Below, one piece after another: positions 55,649-64,000 of a stretch of 64,000 bases of DNA. Source of the DNA: Minisyncoccota bacterium (GTDB taxonomy: Bacteria > Patescibacteriota > Minisyncoccia > Phycocordibacterales > UBA6899); assembly GCA_035583355.1 (NCBI GenBank), contig DATEZQ010000012.1, positions 24,683 through 88,682 on the forward strand, given 5' to 3'. The notes below the pieces were generated by a model. The model searched no databases, was not told where the DNA came from, and saw only the letters and a list, made by a program, of their open reading frames with translations. Both the position numbers and the translations under genes were made by a program. How positions within the stretch are numbered: position 1 is the first letter of the stretch; each line of letters begins with the position of its first letter.

Positions 55649-57838
55649 TTATTCATGGTGCGATTGCCCGCGTGCAGCAAGCACTTCGAGAATTGTAGGA
55701 TACTTTTTCAGATTGATATCTGCAGCAAGCATCGCTTTCGCTTCATTGCGTGCCGCTTCCACCATCTTGATATTCTTGATGGCTTCCATACCAATATCTG
55801 AGATACCCCACTGCTTTCCACCACCAAGCTCTCCTGCTCCGCGGAGCATAAGATCCATTTCAGAAAGTTCAAAGCCATTCTTCGCAGTCGTCATGGCTTT
55901 TAATCGTTCGAGTGTCTTTCCCGTCTTTGACTCAGTAAACAAATAACAATGCGCCTGATGTGTACCGCGAATAACGCGACCACGCAATTGATGTAACTGC
56001 GCAAGACCGAAACGCTCAGCGCCTTCAATAAGGATAATCGTTGCATTCGGCACATTCACTCCGACTTCGACGACACTCGTTGCAACGAGAATATCAATCT
56101 TGTGCTTCGAAAACTCATCCATCACCTTATCTTTTTCCGCAGGTTTCATCTTGCTATGTAGTATGCCAATGCGTTTTCCAGGAAAAACGGACTTTCGGAG
56201 ACGCTCGGCTTCTGACTTCACATTACGCATCTGCAAGGCTCCCTCCTTTGCCTCATCTGGCTCATCAATGCGAGGACAAATGACATATGCCTGCCTGCCC
56301 TCGGTCATCAATTCCCGCATATGTTGATAGACGTTCTCTCTATCTTGTGGCGCGACAACATTCGTGATGATCGGCTTACGTCCACTCGGCATCACATCAA
56401 GTAACGTAAGGTCGAGATCACCGTAAAGCGTAAGCGCAAGCGTACGCGGAATCGGCGTCGCCGTCATCGACAAAAGATGCGGGATACGCCCATCTTTCTG
56501 CAAAAGTTTCGCACGCTGATTGGTGCCGAAGCGGTGCTGCTCATCAATAATGACATAGGCGAGATGTTCGAATTCCACCGTCTTAGTCATGAGTGCATGT
56601 GTACCGATGACTACGGCAATCTCGCCATTGGCCACCCACTTAAGGAGTTGCGTGCGTGATATATCGGTCCAACCACTCGGATTCACTTTTGAGGGGAATT
56701 TACGACAGCCTGATCCCGTCATGAGCGCGATTTGAATCCCTGTACCGACGAAATATTTAATGAATGATTCGAAGTGCTGCCCCGCGAGAATTTCTGTTGG
56801 GCACATGTAGGCGACCTGAAGTGTGCCAAAGTTCTGCTGCGGTGGGCGTGTCTTGATGGCTGCGAACACCGTCGCAGCAGCCACTGCAGTCTTTCCTGAG
56901 CCCACGTCTCCCTCAAGAAGGCGGAGCATTGGATGCTCTGAGGCAAAGTCATGAAAGATTCCATCAATTGCGCTTTGCTGTGCATCCGTCAGTGGGAATC
57001 CAAAACACTTCACAAAGTTCGCAACATCCTTTTTGGGAATATCAATTTTCCATGAAGGTGATGCGGCATACTCCATACGTGCCTTCCAGCGCTCGAGTTG
57101 AATAAGGAATATCTCCTCGAATGCGAAACGCTTGCGTGCAACTTCTGCGTGCTTGAGCTCACGTGGCGTATGCAGCCAAATGAGTGCGGTTCCAAGAGGT
57201 GGAAGATTATAACGGGCGAGAATTTCCTCGGGTATTGGATCAACAATACTATCTGCAACACCAGAGGCGAGGATCTTTTTGATCTTATGATAGATCCATG
57301 TCGAAGTGATGCCCTTAGTCTCTGGATAGACAGGGAAAAATCGATCATCACTCGCAAGGCCACCATCGGCAAAAAGTGAAGGAACAAGTCCATTGGGAAT
57401 TTCGGCGATCTTTTCAATCTCCGGATTAATAAGTGTCATGACTCCACTCCTCTGCGAAAGCTCCCCTGATGCGCGCACCTTATCGCCGACCGCAACAAGC
57501 TTTGCCATATAGGGTTGATGGAACCATACGAGTTTTATCTTTCCCGAAAGTTCGCGCATTGTCGCCTCACCCATTGGGACTTTGCTACGGAAACTTTTCT
57601 TCGTTTCTACTTTTTCGATTTGTCCGTAAAGACTGACACGTGTACCGAGCGCAGCGAGATCTGCGGAGGTAGCCTTCCCTGCATCGACATGTCGCGCTGG
57701 GAAATGATAGAGAATATCGCGGACCGTCAAAATTCCTAAGCGCTTTAGTGCAGTTAATTGAGCGGGAGCAATACGGCCAGTTTTTGAAATCGGGTCATCG
57801 GGATGCATGATAATCCTATTATACATGACGGCAATCAT
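55649..57838 (-). CDS. recG: ATP-dependent DNA helicase RecG
   Basis: Wedge domain, SF2 helicase motifs (GDVGSGKT, DEQHRFG, TATPIPRT) and 729-aa length. Confidence 0.85.
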   Translation of the reverse strand: MIAVMYNRIIMHPDDPISKTGRIAPAQLTALKRLGILTVRDILYHFPARHVDAGKATSADLAALGTRVSLYGQIEKVETKKSFRSKVPMGEATMRELSGKIKLVWFHQPYMAKLVAVGDKVRASGELSQRSGVMTLINPEIEKIAEIPNGLVPSLFADGGLASDDRFFPVYPETKGITSTWIYHKIKKILASGVADSIVDPIPEEILARYNLPPLGTALIWLHTPRELKHAEVARKRFAFEEIFLIQLERWKARMEYAASPSWKIDIPKKDVANFVKCFGFPLTDAQQSAIDGIFHDFASEHPMLRLLEGDVGSGKTAVAAATVFAAIKTRPPQQNFGTLQVAYMCPTEILAGQHFESFIKYFVGTGIQIALMTGSGCRKFPSKVNPSGWTDISRTQLLKWVANGEIAVVIGTHALMTKTVEFEHLAYVIIDEQHRFGTNQRAKLLQKDGRIPHLLSMTATPIPRTLALTLYGDLDLTLLDVMPSGRKPIITNVVAPQDRENVYQHMRELMTEGRQAYVICPRIDEPDEAKEGALQMRNVKSEAERLRKSVFPGKRIGILHSKMKPAEKDKVMDEFSKHKIDILVATSVVEVGVNVPNATIILIEGAERFGLAQLHQLRGRVIRGTHQAHCYLFTESKTGKTLERLKAMTTAKNGFELSEMDLMLRGAGELGGGKQWGISDIGMEAIKNIKMVEAARNEAKAMLAADINLKKYPTILEVLAARGQSHHE

Positions 57839-57909
57839 TCTCTAGCTATATATATTTATAGCCGTTTCTGGGCATTTTGTGATAAAAGTACATGCTATAC
57901 TGTTGCATT

Positions 57910-58494
57910 ATGGACTGTACAAATAGAAAAAAGGGATTCACGCTCATTGAACTCCTTGTCACCATCGCGATCATTTCCCTACTCTCCTCCATCGTCCTTG
58001 CAACACTGAGGACCGCAAAAGATAAGGCGAAGGTTGCGCAGACTATTGCACAGGTACATCAAATAGAAACGGCATTTAATCTTATCTATGATAAGTATGG
58101 ATGCTGGCCGCTGGAAGCGACAACCTCGGCTGCATGCGCGAGTACGACAATCATCAACCCTTGGATCTACACGGAACTCTACCCCACCAATGTCTGGTCT
58201 ATTCGTGATTACATGACCACAAAGACCTCATTCCCTTTTGATCCTACAAAAGAGTGGGCATACAGTAATAATGGGACAGACGAAACGGACTGCACGAGTG
58301 AAACCGATGGGGTTATCATCTATGTGCTTGATGCTCCGTACACCGCATACGAGAAACTTGAAACCGCTATCGACGAGACTACTGAAGCGAATCTCTATTC
58401 TGCGCAAGCGAAATATTGTGGACACATACAGTTCGAGTGGGCGAATGCGAGTGGAGGAAATATCTACTATCAGATATCGAGAACAACAAGATAA
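57910..58494 (+). CDS. type IV pilin-like protein
   Basis: KGFTLIELLVTIAIISLLSSIVLATL prepilin signal; start MDCTNRKKG. Confidence 0.7.
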   Translation: MDCTNRKKGFTLIELLVTIAIISLLSSIVLATLRTAKDKAKVAQTIAQVHQIETAFNLIYDKYGCWPLEATTSAACASTTIINPWIYTELYPTNVWSIRDYMTTKTSFPFDPTKEWAYSNNGTDETDCTSETDGVIIYVLDAPYTAYEKLETAIDETTEANLYSAQAKYCGHIQFEWANASGGNIYYQISRTTR

Positions 58495-58533
58495 AGAAAA
58501 CGCCCCCAATTGGGGGCGTGTTTTCGTGTTGTA

Positions 58534-59964
58534 CTACTTCATCGCGAGCAACTGGCTCGCCTTTTCGGACAGCGGTGAGCGTTCCGACTTCTCGAGCGTG
58601 ATGTGCGCGAAACGAGTGGTGCCGCGGAACCTGCTGATCAGGAACGAGAGCCCGCTCGTGTGTTCGGAAACGTAGGCGGTCTCGTCAATCTGCGCGAGGT
58701 TGCCTTCGATAACGAACTTCGTACCCTTTCCTGCACGAGTAATGAGCAGTTCGATATCCTGGGGAGTTCGGTTCTGCGCTTCGCCAACAATAACATAGCG
58801 GCGATGCCTCGTCCGTCCGCGCTCATGCGCGATTGCTTCGGAGGTAATGTAGGCCTCCTCGGTAGCCTTACGAGTAACGTTACGCACGCCATCATCAGGG
58901 TCGAAGAGCACGTCGAGACTGTCCGCGTACGGGGCCATCCACGGCTTCAGCTTATCCCCCACGTCTCCGGGGAGGAATCCGAGCTCCTTGCGCCCGACGA
59001 CATCCTGGGAAAGCATGATATTGATTTCGTCGTAACGCTCAGGGCGATCCCCTCCTTCAGCAGTCTGTTCGAGACCTGCGGCGAGAGAGAGGAGTGTCTT
59101 GCCTGAACCAGGCAATCCGTTGAGCACCACGATGTCGATTTCCGGATTCATGAGTGCCCACATTGCCAAACCCTGCCTCAGATTCTTTTCCTTGAGGCCG
59201 AAGACGCGATGGCCGTTTGAATACGACCAGACCGTGACGAGCTCGACGCCGACCTCAGTAGAGGAGAGCACGAATGCTCTCTTGAAAGGGGCGCCGGGAT
59301 CGGCCGAGATGGCGAAGTTGCCGGTCAGGAAACGCGGATCAGGTGGCAGGAAATAGTGCTCGATCGAGTTGATGTTCTCGGTCCTGAAGTCAAGACCTTG
59401 GAAATACCCAATCGGGAGCTCTTCGACACCAGAACCGAGCAGCACGCTGTCATCGAAAACTGCGCCCGTCGAATATTCTTCGGCGACGAATCCGAGCAGT
59501 CCGCACTTGATGCGGAAGTTGGTGTCCATGGATACCACGATGATTTTGTGGTCCTGGAAACGGGCTTCTTTCTGAAGCCCATCGACGATGCTCAGAATGA
59601 GGTTATCCTTCTTGCGCTCGTCGAAACATTCGAGTAGGCTGACGCGCACGCGCACGTCTTGGAAGAAGATCTTGCCGGTGGCATCGCCCGCACGTTCGTG
59701 TTCGGTGATCGAGATTCCTGCGGTAGCGGGAAGTTTTTCCCTCACGGCGATCGCGCGGAACTGGTCCAGCGAATTTGCGGACATGCGCGCATGGCGCTGA
59801 GCCATCGTGCCGCCCTTCTTGTTGTTGTCGAGTTCTTCGATAACCGGGAGGCAGATGAAAATATCATTGTCCTGGAAATGGAATAGAGACAGCGGATTGT
59901 GCATGAGCACATTCGTATCGAGAACGAACAACTTCTTGCGATCAGCGGCCGGAGTCTTGGGCAT
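58534..59964 (-). CDS. PhoH-like ATPase with N-terminal PIN domain (YlaK/PhoL-like)
   Basis: PIN motif LFVLDTNVLMHNP...EELD; P-loop LNGLPGSGKTLLSLAAGL. Confidence 0.8.
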   Translation of the reverse strand: MPKTPAADRKKLFVLDTNVLMHNPLSLFHFQDNDIFICLPVIEELDNNKKGGTMAQRHARMSANSLDQFRAIAVREKLPATAGISITEHERAGDATGKIFFQDVRVRVSLLECFDERKKDNLILSIVDGLQKEARFQDHKIIVVSMDTNFRIKCGLLGFVAEEYSTGAVFDDSVLLGSGVEELPIGYFQGLDFRTENINSIEHYFLPPDPRFLTGNFAISADPGAPFKRAFVLSSTEVGVELVTVWSYSNGHRVFGLKEKNLRQGLAMWALMNPEIDIVVLNGLPGSGKTLLSLAAGLEQTAEGGDRPERYDEINIMLSQDVVGRKELGFLPGDVGDKLKPWMAPYADSLDVLFDPDDGVRNVTRKATEEAYITSEAIAHERGRTRHRRYVIVGEAQNRTPQDIELLITRAGKGTKFVIEGNLAQIDETAYVSEHTSGLSFLISRFRGTTRFAHITLEKSERSPLSEKASQLLAMK

Positions 59965-60118
59965 GGTCGGAATCCTCTAGAAAGCGCTGGTCACTACTGT
60001 GGCTCAGCGGGGTTGTTGGGAAAGTACGATTTACTGCATTAGTTCTACCACCATCACCGAACCTGGCAAGGGATAATTTGTATAGCTAAAAAGACACTGT
60101 GGTATACTTCTTTATACC

Positions 60119-60589
60119 ATGTCTTCCATCCACAACTTTGAAGAGCTCGCTATGTGGCAAAAAGCACGCCTACTTACCAAGGGTGTATATATCGCACTAC
60201 GAGAATGCCGCGATGGTGGATACAAAGACCAAATACAGAGAGCGAGTGTTTCGGTCATGAGCAACATTGCGGAGGGATTCGAGCGGGGAACGAAAAATGA
60301 ATTTATTAATTATCTCTATATCGCAAAAGGGTCTGCGGGTGAAGTACGTGCGCAGCTCTATGCAGGGCTTGATATCGGATATTTAAATATTGAAACATTT
60401 GAATATTTAAAGGATCTCGCGACGCAATGCTCAAAGCTCATACATTCGTTCACGGAAAAAGTAAAAGCGAATGATAGAAGCGGCATTCAATACAAACGCC
60501 CAGAATACATAGACCCGATGGAATCCATTACGAAGGAGCATGATCCGGCGTTGTGGGAAAAGCTGTATGGGAAGAAAGGGTCTACATAA
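60119..60589 (+). CDS. four-helix-bundle protein (23S rRNA intervening-sequence protein family)
   Basis: Signature WQKARLLTKGVY...QIQRASVSVMSNIAEGFERGTKNEFINYLYIAKGSAGEVRAQL. Confidence 0.65.
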   Translation: MSSIHNFEELAMWQKARLLTKGVYIALRECRDGGYKDQIQRASVSVMSNIAEGFERGTKNEFINYLYIAKGSAGEVRAQLYAGLDIGYLNIETFEYLKDLATQCSKLIHSFTEKVKANDRSGIQYKRPEYIDPMESITKEHDPALWEKLYGKKGST

Positions 60590-60627
60590 AACCAAGGAAA
60601 TGCTTTCGCATTTCCTTGGTTATTTTG

Positions 60628-60676
60628 TCCATCCAGCACGACTCGAACGTGCGACCGGCCGTGTATAACATCGGCC
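60628..60676 (-). other. partial tRNA 3' copy (anticodon arm through acceptor 3' strand), diverged from adjacent tRNA-Ile(TAT)
   Basis: TTATACACGGCC-GGTC-GCACG-TTCGAGT-CGTGC-TGGATGG parallels the 3' two-thirds of the neighbouring tRNA. It lacks a D-arm and a matching 5' acceptor strand. Confidence 0.45.
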
Positions 60677-60682
60677 ATTTTG

Positions 60683-60755
60683 TCCGCCCTGCAGGACTCG
60701 AACCTGCGACCAGTCGTGTATAAGACGACCGCTCTACCAACTGAGCTAAGGGCGG
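60683..60755 (-). tRNA. tRNA-Ile (anticodon TAT; AUA-decoding)
   Basis: The reverse complement folds as a clean 73-nt cloverleaf. Acceptor CCGCCCT/AGGGCGG (C1:G72), D-arm GCTC-AGTTGGTA-GAGC, anticodon arm GTCGT-CTTATAC-ACGAC, T-arm GCAGG-TTCGAGT-CCTGC, discriminator A. Confidence 0.6.
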
Positions 60756-61012
60756 ATATATTTGAGAAAGGGCGGACAATGACGCCAGGCGATGTTGCTG
60801 GTCACAGTCTCGCCACCGCGAGGCAAATCAACTCACGGTAATGCATACATTACCGTTTTCCAGTAAGACGCTGCACCTTATTTGCGAAAGAATACCTCGA
60901 TTTCTCTTGGATGCTTTGTAGTTTAGCAGAATACGCAAACCTCGCAACCTGAATCCCCTCCCAATCCACACCCATACATCCTCCATAGTATTTTATGTTA
61001 TACTAATGGCAT

Positions 61013-61699
61013 ATGGAAAATGACATTCAAACCCCACGCGACGAGGTGACCGAAACCTCATCAGTCGCACAGAGTCTCACTAAGGAGCTCGCTATTACGC
61101 GCATCACAAAGGAGTTCGCAGCACAGATTGCACGCGAGGTAACCGCAGCGGAGATTATTCTCTTTGCAGCAGCATTCGCTACATTGCCACTCATGGATTT
61201 CATTGCAAAGGCATTTGGCTCACTCGGTAGCGCAACACAAGTTCTGTATGCAATCGTTCCAGCAGCAGCATTTGCACTTGGCTACTGGTTCTCAAAGGAT
61301 AAAGTAACCGCGGTTGGAGTATTCCTCCATTCAATCGCTGCGATTGCACTCCTCATGGCCGCAATCGCACTCCTTCCTATGGTTCCAGGAATGCAGCAGG
61401 TACTCACTGGTCCAGGCACCATCGCACTTGGCATGCCAATCTTGACCTTTATCTTCCTTTTCGCAGCAGCACGTGTACCAAACACAGGCGCAAGCTACAT
61501 CTTTGCTTCTATCGCAGCAATGATGATCTTCTTCCTTTCTGCAGCACAGCTCCTTGGCATTCCATGCAACAATGCACTCCTCAGCAACTCAGATAAGGCA
61601 GCACAGATCTGTTCTGCAACTCCTTATGTCCAGAACACACTCATCCCTGTAGCGATCTTCATCCTTGGCTACTTCACGTTCCAAGCAAAGAAGGCATAA
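61013..61699 (+). CDS. hypothetical membrane protein
   Basis: 228 aa, about five TM helices, followed by a terminator at 61700-61738. Confidence 0.4.
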   Translation: MENDIQTPRDEVTETSSVAQSLTKELAITRITKEFAAQIAREVTAAEIILFAAAFATLPLMDFIAKAFGSLGSATQVLYAIVPAAAFALGYWFSKDKVTAVGVFLHSIAAIALLMAAIALLPMVPGMQQVLTGPGTIALGMPILTFIFLFAAARVPNTGASYIFASIAAMMIFFLSAAQLLGIPCNNALLSNSDKAAQICSATPYVQNTLIPVAIFILGYFTFQAKKA

Positions 61700-61735
61700 T
61701 AAAAAATAACCACTCATGTGAGTGGTTATTTTTTA

Positions 61736-63958
61736 TTATTGATTCATATCATTACGCTTCACCCGCTTTTGCGTTCGTGACGCATTTGGGGTAATAGTGT
61801 GTTCCACTGAATCATGACGTACAACAGGTACGACCGGTTGTTCTCCGGGAGGGATGACGTGCTCCTCTGGTGCGCGCTCTACCGCCTCTGGAGTAGGTAC
61901 TTCATCCACTGAGGCAGATTTAATGACCTGCGTGCGCTCATTTTTTGCGGGTGCGATTGGCTTCGCTACACCAGCAATACCGCTACGCGAAATCAAATAT
62001 GCTTCTTCACCATGGCGCTTCTTTGGACGAATGCCTGAGAGAATAAGAATCTGCTCGTACTCTTCACGCTCCATCGTCTCCTTCTCCACAAGTGCAGTCG
62101 CGATTGCATCAAGTACGTTCTTATACTGCGCAAGAAGTGCACGCACGCGCTTTAATTGTTCATTCATGATACGCGACACCTCAGAGTCTATGCGAGATGC
62201 AACCTCTTGAGAGTAATCACCGTCATATCCTCTGCGGTTAAGCATCGGTACTCCACCTTGTTCAAAGGCAACGGGCCCAATGAGTGCGGACATGCCGTAC
62301 TTCGAAACCATGTCTCGTGCAAGATTTGTCGCAACCGCAAGATCATTTGATGGACCAGTAGTAAGGTCATCGAACATCATCTCCTCAGCGACATATCCCC
62401 CAAGTGACACTGCAATATCATCGAGAAATTCGTTACGCGTATGGAAACGACGTTCCTCTGTGGGAAGCTTGAGTGTATAACCCGCAGCATGGCCACGAGA
62501 AATGATTGAGATCTTATGGACAGGATCAGCATACGGAAGCAGTGATGCAACAAGTGCATGACCTCCCTCGTGATACGCAGTCACCTTCTTCTCATCCTCA
62601 GAGAGAATATGACTCTTACGCTCTGGACCAATCATTACCTTCTCTATCGAACGAATGAAGTCGAACTGTGCGACATGCTTGCGATTCTCTCGCGCAGCCA
62701 AGATTGCTGCTTCATTCACGAGCGAATAGAGGTCAGCCCCTGAGAATCCAGGTGTACGCTCTGCAACCGTACGCAGCACCACATCTTCTGCGAGTTTCTT
62801 GTTACGTACATGGACGCCGAGAATTTCCTCACGGTCCGCAAGATCAGGAAGATCGAGCGTCACGCGACGATCGAAGCGACCGGGACGGAGCAGCGCAGTG
62901 TCGAGCACATCAGGGCGATTCGTTGCAGCCATGACGATAACTTTTTCGTTTGGCTCAAAACCATCCATCTCAACGAGGATCTGATTGAGCGTTTGCTCGC
63001 GCTCATCATTACCACCACCCATACCTGCACCACGCGCACGACCTACGGCATCGATTTCATCAACGAAGATGATGGCGGGAGCCTCTTTCTTTGCAAGACG
63101 GAAAAGGTCACGTACGCGACTTGCGCCGACTCCGACAAACATTTCAACGAACTCCGAACCAGAGAGATGGAAGAATGGTACCCCTGCCTCACCTGCAACT
63201 GCACGCGCAAGCAACGTCTTTCCTGTTCCTGGTGCGCCCATGAGCATGACACCCTTTGGAATCTGCGCACCAATATCGAGGAACTTCTTCGGCTCTTTAA
63301 GGAAATCCACGATCTCTCGCAATTCCTCCTTCGCCTCCTTCGCACCTGCGACATCTGCAAAGGTGATGCGCTGCGCAGTATCATCAGGATAGATGATGCG
63401 TGCCTTGCTCTGACCAAATGAGAATGCCTGCATTGGACCTCCTTGTTTTGACTGTCTCGTCATGAACCAAAGAATTCCAAAGAGAAGTAGTATAGGGAAA
63501 AGGAATGGCGCAAGTGCCATGAACCAATATCCAAATCCAGATGGCTCTACAAGCGTGAGTTTGAATGTCGCAAGATCCTCAGCAGTAAGGCCGAAGTTCT
63601 TGAACGTCTCAGTGAGTGATGACTCGAGCTCTTTCTTTGCAGTCTTCTCGATAGACTTTCCTGTAGCGGGATCACTCTCGTGATAGATAACGGTAAGTGC
63701 GTCACCATCTACCTTCACTTCACTCACTGCCTGATGATGAATATCAAGAGCAAGCTGCGAAAGCGGAATGACACTATTATCTGCCGTCTTACGATGATCC
63801 GTAAAATATGAATATCCCCAAGCAAAGAGGAGGAATACGATAATCAAGGTCAACAAATTCGAAAGAAAAGGAGCGGGGGTCGGAAGCTGCGGCTGCTTGC
63901 CATTTCCATCTTCACCCTGCCCCTTTTTCATTGGGTTTGGTAGCTGCATATGTGGCAA
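61736..63958 (-). CDS. ftsH: ATP-dependent zinc metalloprotease FtsH
   Basis: Two N-terminal TMs, AAA module ([17 protein letters not shown], second region of homology) and zinc-binding HEGGHA. Confidence 0.9.
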   Translation of the reverse strand: MPHMQLPNPMKKGQGEDGNGKQPQLPTPAPFLSNLLTLIIVFLLFAWGYSYFTDHRKTADNSVIPLSQLALDIHHQAVSEVKVDGDALTVIYHESDPATGKSIEKTAKKELESSLTETFKNFGLTAEDLATFKLTLVEPSGFGYWFMALAPFLFPILLLFGILWFMTRQSKQGGPMQAFSFGQSKARIIYPDDTAQRITFADVAGAKEAKEELREIVDFLKEPKKFLDIGAQIPKGVMLMGAPGTGKTLLARAVAGEAGVPFFHLSGSEFVEMFVGVGASRVRDLFRLAKKEAPAIIFVDEIDAVGRARGAGMGGGNDEREQTLNQILVEMDGFEPNEKVIVMAATNRPDVLDTALLRPGRFDRRVTLDLPDLADREEILGVHVRNKKLAEDVVLRTVAERTPGFSGADLYSLVNEAAILAARENRKHVAQFDFIRSIEKVMIGPERKSHILSEDEKKVTAYHEGGHALVASLLPYADPVHKISIISRGHAAGYTLKLPTEERRFHTRNEFLDDIAVSLGGYVAEEMMFDDLTTGPSNDLAVATNLARDMVSKYGMSALIGPVAFEQGGVPMLNRRGYDGDYSQEVASRIDSEVSRIMNEQLKRVRALLAQYKNVLDAIATALVEKETMEREEYEQILILSGIRPKKRHGEEAYLISRSGIAGVAKPIAPAKNERTQVIKSASVDEVPTPEAVERAPEEHVIPPGEQPVVPVVRHDSVEHTITPNASRTQKRVKRNDMNQ

Positions 63959-64000
63959 TTATAACACAGGAGTTTCTTGGCGCGTAAGGTGTTTATATCA

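Overview
This 64-kb window comes from a bacterial chromosome of about 48-50% GC. Many genes have AAGGAG/GGAGG ribosome-binding sites. The window has five parts.

(1) 1-14.2 kb is a lower-GC glycan-biosynthesis locus. It encodes CDP-glucose 4,6-dehydratase, an E1-type (His-for-Lys) DegT-family 3-dehydrase, an RmlC-like epimerase and several SDR epimerases/dehydratases. It also encodes two GT2s, a GT1, a GT-D-like protein, an FkbM methyltransferase, a PseB/CapD-like dehydratase and a truncated UDP-glucose dehydrogenase.

(2) Housekeeping genes are ung, clpX, rsmI, guaC, a short archaeal-type purA, recG, ftsH and a phoH-like gene. There is also a TraD/VirD4-like ATPase with a 330-aa P/Q/Y-rich tail, and a lamin-tail-domain secreted protein.

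(3) A minus-strand 16S rRNA is not followed by a 23S. Its 3' anti-SD region diverges, and it has a duplicated downstream spacer. A tRNA-Ile(GAT) locus carries three direct copies of the tRNA 3' end, a 5'-half fragment and a family of ~100-140-nt structured repeats.

(4) A type IV pilus/competence block (pilM-N-O-P-like, comF, two pilins) sits next to an ECF sigma/anti-sigma pair.

(5) An AT-rich island lies beside tRNA-Ser(GCT), flanked by an 81-nt perfect palindrome and 43-bp direct repeats. It carries a translationally coupled three-gene cassette: a SMEK-like protein, a 73-aa protein and an SMC/ABC-type ATPase with a non-canonical Walker B. A two-gene module with a PD-(D/E)xK-like protein sits next to it. 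This is the best candidate in the window for an undescribed defence-type system.

Terminator hairpins with a conserved stem (AAAAACCAGCAC / AAAAACAACAC, with variable loops) recur nine times across 38-52 kb. A tRNA-Ile(UAU) has an adjacent 3'-partial copy, and a four-helix-bundle (rRNA-IVS-type) gene lies next to it.
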